Shown piece by piece: positions 8,309 to 18,309 of a stretch of DNA of 39,207 nt; positions within the stretch are counted from its first letter, which is position 1; every line of letters starts with the position of its first letter. The stretch is from positions 1 through 39,207 of IMG/VR virus record IMGVR_UViG_3300043436_004117; one strand, written 5' to 3'. This DNA is from a virus. Lineage: Duplodnaviria; Caudoviricetes. The notes beneath the pieces were generated by a model. It was not told the origin of the DNA and did not search any database. It saw only the letters and a list, made by a program, of their open reading frames with translations. The position numbers and the translations under genes are program-made.

Positions 8309-8572
8309 TCAGTCTTTTGTGGTAGTAAGCACCGTCATTGTTTTGACCATCCCGTTGGGAATGTTGATGATGTGATCCGCGTATTCGTCTGGGCCAACGG
8401 ACTGCGCAATTGAAATGTGGCCCGTTTGACCGCCTTCGCCTTGTTCGAGAAGTATCCCAGTGCTAGTGACTATGTAATCGCCCTTGTCAACTATGTCTGA
8501 AATATGCACCCAAGTTCCGTCCTCGTGTGCGTGTGCATCTGCCCAAGTAACCAGAACAACTTTTCGCTTCAT
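8309..8572 (-). CDS. small beta-rich phage protein
   Basis: VLVTWADAH...STGILL...IPNGMV pattern, often found next to phage phosphoesterases; leaderless. Confidence 0.75.
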   Translation of the reverse strand: MKRKVVLVTWADAHAHEDGTWVHISDIVDKGDYIVTSTGILLEQGEGGQTGHISIAQSVGPDEYADHIINIPNGMVKTMTVLTTTKD

Positions 8573-8582
8573 GGCAATAATC

Positions 8583-9593
8583 CTAATCTGCTAACCAGAC
8601 TTTGTAGGCCGCTGTTGTGCGTCCTTTGACGGGGTCAACGAAGTGCAAACGCTGAGAGGGGATAGCCGAAGCCGCCAGCATAACGCCTGCGTATCGGTTG
8701 TCGGACTCGGTAGAGCCAGTCTGATAGACCGATCCTTGCCCGTTAGCCAAGGCCCACTCGTTATGGGTGTGATAGTGCCCTACAAAGCAGTCTCGGAATT
8801 CCCAAGGGTATGCGCCCGACTGCCAACGCTCAACATGCCTCACGATTGTCATTGGGCTTGAAAAACCGCCTCGACCTACTTCGTCGCCGTGTATTAGCAA
8901 AGCGCGATAGTTGCCGATTTCGACGCGTTGAATGTCCTCTGGGGAATCTTCCCAAGTAAGCCGAGGCTCATCGGCTAGAAGTTGGCGAGCCAGTTCATAA
9001 ACCATGCGGTCGATATTGTCCGAACGCGGAACGGCGTCTCGTCGGGAACCAATGCGTCCGTGATTTCCCCATTCTCCGACCACTTTTACTTTGTTGTAAA
9101 TAGAAAGTGCAAAACGAACAACATCGATAAGCAACCTTGAGACGGTCACATACTGATGAAAAATAGTGCCGTCAATCTCGTGCGCCTGTGTCGGGAAGTT
9201 GAAAAGCCCCTCGACCATATCGCCGCCAAGCATGATGACGCATTCATCAACAGGGTGGTCGGCTCGTTGAATTTCCGTTATCGCGGCCGCTTTATCACAA
9301 AAAAGCATGACTCGGTCGCGCATAACCTGCGTGTTGTATGTCGTGGTCAACTTGGAGCCTTGCCAATCCGACAAATGCCACAGCGCAACTTCGGCACCTT
9401 TTTTCTTTTTGGTAGGCGTAGGCCCGACCACTTTAGGAACGCCACCCATAGCAAGCATGGCCTGCTTCGCGGCTTCGTGCGTCACAAAAACCAAATCATC
9501 AGTGCGTTCTTTGGCTTTGGCTAATTGCCTCTGCGTAGTTCTAAGAGCACTGCGCAACTCCTCTAAGGCTTGGGCTTCCTGATATTCATTCAC
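8583..9593 (-). CDS. calcineurin-like metallophosphoesterase (Mre11/DP1-like)
   Basis: SDWQ, GDMVEG, GNHGR, HGD and GHYH motifs; N-terminal coiled coil; GTG at 9593. Confidence 0.9.
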   Translation of the reverse strand: MNEYQEAQALEELRSALRTTQRQLAKAKERTDDLVFVTHEAAKQAMLAMGGVPKVVGPTPTKKKKGAEVALWHLSDWQGSKLTTTYNTQVMRDRVMLFCDKAAAITEIQRADHPVDECVIMLGGDMVEGLFNFPTQAHEIDGTIFHQYVTVSRLLIDVVRFALSIYNKVKVVGEWGNHGRIGSRRDAVPRSDNIDRMVYELARQLLADEPRLTWEDSPEDIQRVEIGNYRALLIHGDEVGRGGFSSPMTIVRHVERWQSGAYPWEFRDCFVGHYHTHNEWALANGQGSVYQTGSTESDNRYAGVMLAASAIPSQRLHFVDPVKGRTTAAYKVWLAD

Positions 9594-9816
9594 AGAGACA
9601 GTCTCCCTTACGGTGACGGCGCAGAGCCTCTGGCTTGATTTCATAGCCTCTACGGTTCAGAACCTTTGTGATAACTGTTCCAGCAATCGAGGCGTCCTCG
9701 CAAGCCAATTTGAAGTCTTTACGGTCGGCCTCTGTCATTTTTTGCAGTGCTAACCCAACAGAGCAAGGTGGCCCTTTGATTACCGCTTCCGCTTTGATTT
9801 CATCAAACATCCCCAT
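9586..9816 (-). CDS. small HTH-like protein coupled to the phosphoesterase
   Basis: CSV...LRRHRKGDCLC; RBS GGGAG. Confidence 0.7.
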   Translation of the reverse strand: MGMFDEIKAEAVIKGPPCSVGLALQKMTEADRKDFKLACEDASIAGTVITKVLNRRGYEIKPEALRRHRKGDCLCE

Positions 9817-9897
9817 GCGTATCTCCCTGTTAGATGCCTAACAGAAAGTGTACTCAAAGGTTGTGCATAAATATGTGCAAAAGTAGACGGCGACTTC

Positions 9898-11238
9898 TTA
9901 AATCTTGATGATGTAGTTCGTCACGATGTACGGCTGAAGGTTTTGGTGCGCTTGCGAAGCGTTAGCCCCTGCGACCGTGTTTGCAGTTCCAGTTCCAGCA
10001 AATGGGTGTGCGTGGTTTGCAGATTGCGTTCCTGTTGAACCTGAAAGAGTAACGGAGTGTGCGTGGTCGTTTGATGTGCCATTAGTGTTGATGAAGTGTG
10101 TGTGACTACCATCGCTGTCGATTGGGCTTCTAGTCCCCACAGACGATCCCGTTGAGGGGTTTGGTTTGCCAGCCACAGAGTCGAGCGTTGTCGAGGAGTG
10201 AGCGTGGCTCTGCGTTGCCATACCTTGAACATCGATTGAGTGGTCATGCGTACCATTTGCGGCGGTAGTACCGCTATGAAAGTGGTCTAGGTTTTGACCA
10301 CTTGTTCCAAATGCACCTTGTTGCGCATGATCGTGGCTCGCATTGTTTGGATCTGATGTTCCAGAAACATTGACAGTATGACTATGCGCTACAAGTCCCG
10401 ACTGCGCATCGCTCAGAGTGACCGTCTTTGCACCACCTGTTTCTCCAAGTTGGTCAAATTCAGTCTGTCCTGCGTCAAGCCCAACAGCAATTCGACCCTG
10501 CAAAATTGGGACGCGGAACTGGCCTGCAGGTGGTGAAACCTGACCAGCAGAGTTGTTGTACTGGTTGCCAATAACAGCAAAAAGAGCCGAATACATCGCT
10601 GAGAAATAGGGCGCACCGTCGCAAAGTAGCCAACCAGCAGGCGCGGTGCTACCAGCAAAAGCCATTATTGAACCTGTCGGTGCAAGCGCCTCTCTTACAG
10701 TTGGCGAAAGAGCACTCAAAGAAACCGAGTTATTAGCAAGCGTGTCGTATGCGTCCTTCGAGAAAACGCGCAAGTCATCAATTAGGCCTGAAGTAATAGA
10801 CCCTGTACCAGCAGGAACACGAACTCGAGCCAAAACCAAAGACGAAGCAGGCACAGCCGGATCGACAGGAGAAGGGCTAGGTGTTCCCGTAACGACAGCA
10901 ATAACAGCGTCGTCTCCAGCAGGGCCAGTAGCGTTCGGGTCTCGAACCTGAAGAACAACAAGGTCGTGTCGGCTTCCCGAACCCGGCGCGGCAGAAATAG
11001 GGATTCCAGTAGTTGACGCTTGTTCCCTAGCCAGATACTTCCCTTGAAATACCTGATTGTCGCCCTGAATCACCGCTACACCAGCCGCCACTTGAACCGA
11101 CATCGCTACAGGGGACGAAGGAGCAACTAACAGAGAGGTAGTACCTAGGACGCCCTCTGTCCAAATACTGTCAAATACGGTGCGGTCAATCCGAGCCGGA
11201 TAATCGACATTCTGAAGCCACAGGGTGTTGAAAGGCAT
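9898..11238 (-). CDS. tail fibre protein with tail-collar domain and HxH repeats
   Basis: PTGSIMAFAGSTAPAGWLLCDG collar; eight HxH motifs; NLQPYIVTNYIIK end. Confidence 0.9.
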   Translation of the reverse strand: MPFNTLWLQNVDYPARIDRTVFDSIWTEGVLGTTSLLVAPSSPVAMSVQVAAGVAVIQGDNQVFQGKYLAREQASTTGIPISAAPGSGSRHDLVVLQVRDPNATGPAGDDAVIAVVTGTPSPSPVDPAVPASSLVLARVRVPAGTGSITSGLIDDLRVFSKDAYDTLANNSVSLSALSPTVREALAPTGSIMAFAGSTAPAGWLLCDGAPYFSAMYSALFAVIGNQYNNSAGQVSPPAGQFRVPILQGRIAVGLDAGQTEFDQLGETGGAKTVTLSDAQSGLVAHSHTVNVSGTSDPNNASHDHAQQGAFGTSGQNLDHFHSGTTAANGTHDHSIDVQGMATQSHAHSSTTLDSVAGKPNPSTGSSVGTRSPIDSDGSHTHFINTNGTSNDHAHSVTLSGSTGTQSANHAHPFAGTGTANTVAGANASQAHQNLQPYIVTNYIIKI

Positions 11239-11239
11239 A

Positions 11240-11377
11240 TCAGGAGTCTATCTCATCGTCGGCACTTGCGTTGTGGTTCTCGCCTATCAGCATCGCCTTC
11301 AGTGCCACATTGTCCAGCGTCAGTCTTTTGATTTCGTCTAACAATCCGTTGATGATTGCGTCAGCATTGACTTCCAT
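11240..11377 (-). CDS. small coiled-coil protein (45 aa; not in ORF track)
   Basis: MEVNADAIINGLLDEIKRLTLDNVALKAML...; TAATG coupling to upstream gene. Confidence 0.65.
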   Translation of the reverse strand: MEVNADAIINGLLDEIKRLTLDNVALKAMLIGENHNASADDEIDS

Positions 11378-12654
11378 TATTGGTTCTCCAGTGTTTCTAT
11401 TCTTTGGGACAGTTCTTGCACTGCCTTGACAAGCGGTGCAATGAACTCATGATAGGACAGTGCTTGAAATGAGTCAGGGTCATCCTTGTCTCCCAGAGCC
11501 CACATAGCGTAGTCGCCTGCCCCTTCGTCAATCAAAGCCTGCTTGACCTCTTGAGCAATTAAACCTGCGCGCAAACGATGTCCAACTTCCCACTCTAAAA
11601 TCTTTTCAGTGTTATTGGGGTCAGCACTATCTTCATCTACCCATCTAGGATAAATGTTTGTGTACTCAGTTGGCTTGAGCCTGTTAATGAATGAAAGACC
11701 TAGAGGCAATGGCCTTTGATTATCTTTGAACCGACCGTCAGAAGGGTTAAAGAATTGGTAAGACCCCATTAGGTTCCAAGCAGGAATACCGAAGCCGGGC
11801 ACACCACCCCAGAACCCCGTATTGTTACCAGCAATCGGAACTCCTGCACCTGCCGACAGTCCTTGCTGATTGAAGAACCATCGCCATCCAACGCCATTCA
11901 GATGCACTCCAGTATAGTTTTCGCCACCACTTCCAGTACCGCCACCCATCATCAAAGTCTTGTTACCGCCGGTAGTTGCGAACTCAATACCGAACCAGTT
12001 GCCACGACTACCGTCACAACGCCAAGAACCGTATGTCAAGTTATTTGGATAAAAGTGTGCGGCGTTGTTAGGAGAGTAAATGCCAGTGAAGTTGGGAAAC
12101 TCAATCCACTCGTTGGAGTAGTTGCGACCAGTCGTAGTCCAGAAAGGAAAGTTGAGTCGCCCATCATTAGCAATGTGTCCTACATCGCCTGCACCACGAC
12201 GAAACCTAGCGACTTCTGTTGAGTCACTACCAGCGTTGATGTACCAACGATTGCTGTGATACTCCAACTTGCCAAAGCCTGCACCTGCATCGCCACTCCA
12301 TGTCGCTGTGCTGTTCTGTGTAATGCGAGTTGAGTTAGCAGTGAGGGCAATGTTTGATTGCATCGTCAATTGACCTGTCATCGTGTCGCCAGACTTGAGG
12401 ACATAGTTACCAGTGAGCGTGTCTACATATTGCTTAGTGGCGGCATGTAGTGGGCTTGTCGGATTGGCGTTGAGTGTCAAAAACCCCGTCATGGTGTCGC
12501 CAGCCTTAAGCACATTTTCAGGGCAAGGACAACCACCGCCACCAGTACAAGGAGTGTGAGCAAGCAGTTCGACGGCCTGCATGCGAGCCCTTAACGAAGC
12601 AAGAATCGCACCTAACTCATCTGATTGAGAGGTAGTAGAACGAGGACGAGTCAT
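11377..12654 (-). CDS. tail fibre/spike with C-terminal intramolecular chaperone (peptidase S74)
   Basis: KAGDTMTG repeats, HAATKQYVD, SDGRFKDN...GLIAQEV...LVKAVQEL; ATG at 12654. Confidence 0.88.
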   Translation of the reverse strand: MTRPRSTTSQSDELGAILASLRARMQAVELLAHTPCTGGGGCPCPENVLKAGDTMTGFLTLNANPTSPLHAATKQYVDTLTGNYVLKSGDTMTGQLTMQSNIALTANSTRITQNSTATWSGDAGAGFGKLEYHSNRWYINAGSDSTEVARFRRGAGDVGHIANDGRLNFPFWTTTGRNYSNEWIEFPNFTGIYSPNNAAHFYPNNLTYGSWRCDGSRGNWFGIEFATTGGNKTLMMGGGTGSGGENYTGVHLNGVGWRWFFNQQGLSAGAGVPIAGNNTGFWGGVPGFGIPAWNLMGSYQFFNPSDGRFKDNQRPLPLGLSFINRLKPTEYTNIYPRWVDEDSADPNNTEKILEWEVGHRLRAGLIAQEVKQALIDEGAGDYAMWALGDKDDPDSFQALSYHEFIAPLVKAVQELSQRIETLENQ

Positions 12655-12656
12655 AA

Positions 12657-13259
12657 TTAATTCTTGTACCCATAAACACGAATCGTCCCACCAGTCATAG
12701 TACCGACGCTTACACGAATGAAAAATTGTGTCTGACTGACAGCAGGGTTGTGTTCTCCACCTGCAATCATCCAACCGGGCCCTAGATTGCCAGTGCTGAA
12801 AATCGCTGTCCTCGTCGCTGAAAATGGTGAAAATACATTTATTGAAAATCCATTAGAGCCCGCGGCGGCATTGGTTTGTGCAATTAACAAACGCCCAAGA
12901 TTATTTGTATTTGTATTAGTGACTGTTCCATTAAAATTTATGCCATAGGCATTTCCAAAGAATCCAGTGGTATCGGCGGTATTGAAACCAAACTCAAACC
13001 AGTTACCTGAAGTGCTTGGCGTTGTTCCATTAAGAGTGATGAGATAATTATCAAAAGAGGCACTGAAAGCACCAGTTACAGGAACAGATGCGACTGCAGT
13101 AGTTCCTATCGCTTGGCTTTTAATCAAACGCAAACCCATCCCTGTATTGATAACAGTCTCAACATCTTCTGCTAGAGCACGAATATCGTTATCGCCCTGC
13201 GAGACAGGGTCAGTACCTAATGGATAAGGGAAGCCAAAGATAGGTGTATTTGATGGCAT
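12657..13259 (-). CDS. minor tail protein
   Basis: TPIFGFPYP N-terminus and GTIRVYGY end; ATG at 13259. Confidence 0.75.
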   Translation of the reverse strand: MPSNTPIFGFPYPLGTDPVSQGDNDIRALAEDVETVINTGMGLRLIKSQAIGTTAVASVPVTGAFSASFDNYLITLNGTTPSTSGNWFEFGFNTADTTGFFGNAYGINFNGTVTNTNTNNLGRLLIAQTNAAAGSNGFSINVFSPFSATRTAIFSTGNLGPGWMIAGGEHNPAVSQTQFFIRVSVGTMTGGTIRVYGYKN

Positions 13260-13267
13260 TAGTGCTC

Positions 13268-14458
13268 CTAGGTTAAGTAAGTGAACAACATATCGTCCCA
13301 ACTAATCGCAGGGTCAACATCGTCCCATTCGATTGTACTTGGCACTGAGTTCCAAGGTTGAGGGGTTTGTACAGCGGTCATTTTGATTGACGAAGCGCCA
13401 TTGGCGTCAACGACTAGTTCAATAGTCAAGATTTGTACGATTACCAAAGCACTAGGAACGGTTAGATATGGGATAGTTGCATCGGGATACGAAGGGACAA
13501 CGGTTGCTGGTTGAACCAAAAGGACAAAGTCCCCGATTTGATAGTTAGAGTCCGTGAAATATCGCTCAGGTATCAACTCAAAAGACCAGATTATTGAAGG
13601 CGACTGCGTAGTCTCAAGCATCCCCAAAGCCTGCTCCAACAAGTTTGATTGGGTTTGTTCCTGACTGAACGACCTGTATTTCTCCCATCTTCCACGCGGA
13701 TCCGTTGCCAAAGTAGATGCAAGGCTTACTTCCAAAACGGTGAACGCCGTATCTCCCGACACAAGGGCCACATTGCCAAATAGGGAAGCCCCAGAGGGCT
13801 TGGAAAGGTTACGCAGGTTAGTTCCTAGTTGCGCTGGCATAGCGCGTAGAGGTGCCGCGTCGGCGGTTGAAACCACCAGTTCTAGGTTTTCGTTAATATC
13901 CCAAGTCATATTGCCATCGGCCTGAGCAAGTCCAGTGATTGCCTCAAGAATGTTCTGGCCGGGTAAATACGAACGCGATCGAAGTATTACTGGCCCAGAG
14001 TCCAACAATGTCACGCCAAGATTGCCATTCAGTTGCGCTTGCGTGTGCTGTATCAAATCCCAAACAATGTCGCCTTGCGAAATAGATGTGAAAGTAAGCG
14101 GAGTTATTACATGGCGACTAGCCAAAATGCGACGGTAGCAAACAGCCTGAACGGTGAGAAGGTTCTCCCCGTTTTCTCCCCATTGCTGGGCAACAGAAAC
14201 AACGCGAAAACGGTCGAGCGCGACACCGTTCTCATAAGCCCAGATATCCGTTTCTAATTCTCTGATTTGCACGCCGGGAATGGAGTTGCCCACCATCTGA
14301 ATTGAAAGACTGCATCCGTCGTCAAGGTTGCGAGTCAAAGACCACGAAGCAAAAGAAGAGAGCGCCTGTGTAGGGGTTGTGCTAGTCGACGGGCCAATAG
14401 CCAACTGAAACGGCATCACCGCCGAAGCGCCAAGACCTGATATCGAAGGACTAGTCAT
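13268..14458 (-). CDS. minor tail / baseplate hub protein
   Basis: Position after the distal tail gene; size and beta-rich sequence. Confidence 0.75.
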   Translation of the reverse strand: MTSPSISGLGASAVMPFQLAIGPSTSTTPTQALSSFASWSLTRNLDDGCSLSIQMVGNSIPGVQIRELETDIWAYENGVALDRFRVVSVAQQWGENGENLLTVQAVCYRRILASRHVITPLTFTSISQGDIVWDLIQHTQAQLNGNLGVTLLDSGPVILRSRSYLPGQNILEAITGLAQADGNMTWDINENLELVVSTADAAPLRAMPAQLGTNLRNLSKPSGASLFGNVALVSGDTAFTVLEVSLASTLATDPRGRWEKYRSFSQEQTQSNLLEQALGMLETTQSPSIIWSFELIPERYFTDSNYQIGDFVLLVQPATVVPSYPDATIPYLTVPSALVIVQILTIELVVDANGASSIKMTAVQTPQPWNSVPSTIEWDDVDPAISWDDMLFTYLT

Positions 14459-14461
14459 GGT

Positions 14462-15328
14462 TTACAGGTGCCAGCGATCGAAGTAGCAAAGCGTGAAGGC
14501 AGGACTGCCTGCATAGACAAAGGACTCTAATTTGATTGAGTTTTGCGCTGGGATAACGCGAAGGTCATCCCAATTCCACTCGGTGAAGTTTGTTAACCCA
14601 TAAATAGAGTCATTTGGGTCGTTATTTCTAAGGATGGTTCTGTTAGCGGTATCGATGTTGATGGTTTGGCCTGCTACTAGCGACAAACCTGTAAAACGAA
14701 TCTCAATATCGTTGATGGTAATGACGGGGTTAGTAACATCCGAGGTTACGGTTCCCGTCCAATCCATAGGTGCGTTGCCCACAGGCGTAAAGTAAGTGAC
14801 TCCAACTGGCGGTGAGAACGGATAGTCGCGGTCGAAATCCAAATCGTAGTCGCGTCCAAACTCAATCGGTTCTGTGAGAGGCGCAACCGCGCATGTATCT
14901 TCCAGCGAAGATGTAAAAGGTTCGGAAGCAACCCACTGGCAGACGAGAGTAAGTGCCTTCGGCGCATTAACAGTAAAAGGCGCGTCAACACCACGCAAAA
15001 CTAGCGAACGAACATGGGTTGGGTCAGGGTCGTTTTGGTCGATTGTATAAACCAATGTGGGTCGGAAACGCGGAGAGACAAAGGGCGTCACGCGGTCTAT
15101 TAAGTCCTGCGTCTTATGAGGGTCGCATCCTGTGTTGTCGAGACGCAAAGCAATCGTTACCGCGCGCGCCCCTACGAAGGCTGTTGTGTCAATAGTGCCG
15201 TCTGATAGTGCTTTGTTGATTGAAACTTCGCGCACCGTTGGGTAGCCAATGGAGAACTCCATTACAACAAAACCGTCTTCACATTCGAGGTCAAGGGTGC
15301 CAAGCGATGGGTGCGTTAAGTAAATCAT
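14462..15328 (-). CDS. distal tail protein (Dit-like)
   Basis: Follows the tape measure; GYPTVRE...DGTIDTT...GARAVT pattern. Confidence 0.78.
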   Translation of the reverse strand: MIYLTHPSLGTLDLECEDGFVVMEFSIGYPTVREVSINKALSDGTIDTTAFVGARAVTIALRLDNTGCDPHKTQDLIDRVTPFVSPRFRPTLVYTIDQNDPDPTHVRSLVLRGVDAPFTVNAPKALTLVCQWVASEPFTSSLEDTCAVAPLTEPIEFGRDYDLDFDRDYPFSPPVGVTYFTPVGNAPMDWTGTVTSDVTNPVITINDIEIRFTGLSLVAGQTINIDTANRTILRNNDPNDSIYGLTNFTEWNWDDLRVIPAQNSIKLESFVYAGSPAFTLCYFDRWHL

Positions 15329-17613
15329 CCGAACGACCTCACTTTTTCAGCGACTAGAACCTTCTGCGCAACAAAATCCGCATCTATTGGTGCGACAAAT
15401 GTAGCGTTTTCAATGTTAACTGCCGCTCCGCTTCCTCGCGCTAGGTCTGCCAGACCGCTTTGTTCCATCAACTGCAAAGCACGAGCAGGACGCGATATTG
15501 GAATGACGGCCTCCGGCCCAGCCTCACCAATAATGGCTGGTGTTCTCGAACCAACGATCGCGCCGTTTGCTAGTTCAGGTAAGCCAGCGCCTGAAAAAGC
15601 AAAAGAAACATCAACCGCGAACTGGTCACGCAGTCTTTGGAGTTGTTTCGCGCTCAGTTTCTTTGATTTCAGTCTAATTCTGTATCCAGCAATCACCTGA
15701 CTGATACCAGCGACAAGCGCTGTACCAGCGTCAACGCCTGCCTGCTTGAATTGCCCTGCCGCGTTGAGGCCGATTTGCTGACCTACGGATTGAACCTCAG
15801 CCACCAGAGTGTTGGCTTTGATTACGCCGTCGGCGCTCGAAAGTATCTCGGTAGCGATAGCACTACCAGCGTCAACGCCTGCAGACAAGACCTGCTGTAA
15901 CGCCGCCTCGGAAAGACCAGCCGCCATAAGGCGATTGATTAGCACAGAGAAGTCTTTAGTTTTGTTCGCTTGGTCGGTTAGGGCACTAAAGAAACCCGAT
16001 CCGCTTTCTTGGCCTGCTTTGTAAGCATCGCTGAAAGAAAATGAAGAGGTCACTGCCTCGGATACGGATGTAGCAAAGTCGTTGAAAGCGTCCTTCGCTT
16101 TAGACAAAACATCATTGGCTTTCTCAAGCGTGGATTGGAATCCAGAACCCATCAAGTCACGCAGTTTCTTGATTTTTTCTGCGTTCTTATCAATAGCGGC
16201 AGATGCTGTAGCAGTGGACTTGCCTAATCCTTCGGTGCTAGTAGCGGTGGCGTTTGTCGCTCCTGCAAGTTGCTGATTGACTTCTAGGTTTTCAATCTGA
16301 GCCTTAGTCATCCCCGATGTATTGACCCCGGCTTTGTCCGCGGCGTCGCCAATCCGACCAAAAGTGACCTCGGAGAGTTTGCCTAGTTCACCAATAGGGA
16401 TGCCTATCTTGCGGAATATTCCTGTGAAACGGTTAATGCCGTCAACAAACCCGTTGATTACTTTAACCCAGATATTTGCCATGAACTCGAAGTAACCGAT
16501 TACAAAGTTGACAACCGTATTGACAATTTTGCGGAAACCCTCGAACTTTGTGTACGCCAAAACTATGCCTGCGACCAAAGCCGCAATCGCTATGACTACT
16601 AGACCGATTGGGTTCATAGCCATAGCCGCGTTCCACGCTATTTGAAGCCCAGTGGCTAGTTTTGTGAAAGCGGTGTACACCTTAATTGCAGTATTAATAG
16701 CCAAAACACTCACAGCCAATGATGCGATACCAATACCAAGCGCAAGGACAACAGTTTTATTTTCAGTCATCCAGTGCACGAGGCCTTGTGCGATTGCCGA
16801 CAACCTCTCAAAGACTGGAATTAGTGCCGTACCGACATCTGCTTGCATATCCTTGAACGAGGCAGACAAAATTCGTTGTCTGTTAGCAAGACTGTCAGAT
16901 GTGTTAGCAAAGTCGCCTTGGGTCTTGTCCGTCTGTTGCATCAGCGCACCGTGACGAGCAAGAATTTTCTCTTGCTCGGTTAGTTGCCCCGATCCATCTC
17001 CGATACCGTTCGCCATTGCATACGCTTTGACGGCCGCTTCGGAGAGGTCAATACCAAACTTCTTGAGAGGCTCCGTTTCGCCTGCAAGACCGCTTTGGAA
17101 TATTCGAGCGGCGTCCGCTACCTCAAGGTTCATAACAGAGGCAAAGTCCGCGGCACGAGTTGAAATAGACTCAATAGTTCCGACTACATCGCCACCAGAA
17201 CCAGCGATTTTCTCAGCAAATGACGAAAACTGCACTGCCATACCGTTGAACTCGGTCTGGCTTAAACCATATGCGGTAGCGGCATTCTTGGATAAATTCA
17301 AAATGCCTGATGAGGCTTGTCCAAATACAACATTGACCGCGTTGATTGACTCGCCTAAGTCGCTGGCTTGCCCCACCGCCTTTTGTGCCATTGCACCAAC
17401 GGAAGCAAGAGCAATGGTTGCAGGCAAGGCGGCCTTTTCAATGCCACCCTTCCAGTTAACCCATGATTTTGTCGAGACATTAACTTGATCAGTAACACCC
17501 TCAACGGAATCGGAAACCTTGTCAAGAGCGTCATCAACGCCTTTGGTCAGTTCTTTCTGAAATTTGTCTGTTTTGGCGCGAATCTCAACAAAGGCTTCAC
17601 CGACATTACTCAT
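15325..17613 (-). CDS. tape measure protein
   Basis: 762 aa, Ala/Gly-rich helical; GETEPLKKFGI, NPIGLVV and IGEAGPEAVIP motifs. Confidence 0.95.
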   Translation of the reverse strand: MSNVGEAFVEIRAKTDKFQKELTKGVDDALDKVSDSVEGVTDQVNVSTKSWVNWKGGIEKAALPATIALASVGAMAQKAVGQASDLGESINAVNVVFGQASSGILNLSKNAATAYGLSQTEFNGMAVQFSSFAEKIAGSGGDVVGTIESISTRAADFASVMNLEVADAARIFQSGLAGETEPLKKFGIDLSEAAVKAYAMANGIGDGSGQLTEQEKILARHGALMQQTDKTQGDFANTSDSLANRQRILSASFKDMQADVGTALIPVFERLSAIAQGLVHWMTENKTVVLALGIGIASLAVSVLAINTAIKVYTAFTKLATGLQIAWNAAMAMNPIGLVVIAIAALVAGIVLAYTKFEGFRKIVNTVVNFVIGYFEFMANIWVKVINGFVDGINRFTGIFRKIGIPIGELGKLSEVTFGRIGDAADKAGVNTSGMTKAQIENLEVNQQLAGATNATATSTEGLGKSTATASAAIDKNAEKIKKLRDLMGSGFQSTLEKANDVLSKAKDAFNDFATSVSEAVTSSFSFSDAYKAGQESGSGFFSALTDQANKTKDFSVLINRLMAAGLSEAALQQVLSAGVDAGSAIATEILSSADGVIKANTLVAEVQSVGQQIGLNAAGQFKQAGVDAGTALVAGISQVIAGYRIRLKSKKLSAKQLQRLRDQFAVDVSFAFSGAGLPELANGAIVGSRTPAIIGEAGPEAVIPISRPARALQLMEQSGLADLARGSGAAVNIENATFVAPIDADFVAQKVLVAEKVRSFG

Positions 17614-17649
17614 AGCGGACAGTCTAGGGCATAGGGCATAAGAGATAGA

Positions 17650-17686
17650 GCCGACCTAGGTAAAACAACAAAAAACCTAGGTCAGC
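17650..17686 (-). other. hairpin between chaperone and tape measure genes
   Basis: GCTGACCTAGGT/ACCTAGGTCGGC 12-bp stem with U-rich loop. Confidence 0.5.
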
Positions 17687-17690
17687 AGAC

Positions 17691-18298
17691 TCATCTTACT
17701 TGAACAGAGAAGTCTTGCCACGCATCGTCATCCGATCCGTACCAAGTCGGAACGCCATTAGTTTTTGCAGTCAACGGTGGTTCAAGTGCGCTTTCTATTT
17801 CAGCCATTTGCTTATCGTCTGCATGTTCTTTGATGGCGAAAAGGTACAGGTTCACAACCCGATCGACGGGCAGTGCGAGTGGGTCTACTCCTCGTGCTCC
17901 GCACCAGCCGTCGAACTGCTCCCAATTGTGGATGACCCATCCGATGACGACGACTGCTGAGTAGGGTTTGGCTGGCCTGTGTATTCGGTAATTAAGTCTT
18001 GAACCATCTCGGTCAAAACGGAGAAGTCAAGGTCGTCTTTGAAGGAATCAAAAACCTTATGAGCGCCGGGTTCGAGAAAGGTACGAACAACATCGCAAAG
18101 CGTCTCTCGTTTCTGTTCAGCACCTCGAATTTCACTTTCACCTTCAGGGACTGGTGCTTGCAGTGCCTCAATAGCGTCGGCAATCTCGGTTAGGTCAACA
18201 TTGCTTCGAAGCCTGACAACATTTTCGTCGACAATCCATTCGATTGGGTTTGCTCGACGACGAGCGGCCGCAGTGCTAAATGACTTCTGTCGAGTCAT
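17691..18298 (-). CDS. tail assembly chaperone, long form via -1 frameshift
   Basis: Slippery A_AAC_CCT at 17963-17969; -1 frame reads YSAVVVIGWVIHNWEQFDGWCGARGVDPLALP... to TGA at 17691. Confidence 0.8.
17885..18298 (-). CDS. tail assembly chaperone, short form
   Basis: Upstream of the tape measure; EYTGQPNPT followed by a Ser-rich tail. Confidence 0.85.
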   Translation of the reverse strand: MTRQKSFSTAAARRRANPIEWIVDENVVRLRSNVDLTEIADAIEALQAPVPEGESEIRGAEQKRETLCDVVRTFLEPGAHKVFDSFKDDLDFSVLTEMVQDLITEYTGQPNPTQQSSSSDGSSTIGSSSTAGAEHEE

Positions 18299-18309
18299 TG
18301 TTCCTCCTA

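Noticed and set aside
12655-12774. Long N-terminal extensions in the ORF track (also 18816, 9644, 6096, 37889, 31285)
   Set aside because: Downstream starts with coupling, RBS or leaderless promoters fit better and avoid long overlaps
9898-13259. Diversity-generating retroelement or invertible tail fibre system
   Set aside because: No reverse transcriptase, recombinase or template/variable repeat pair seen
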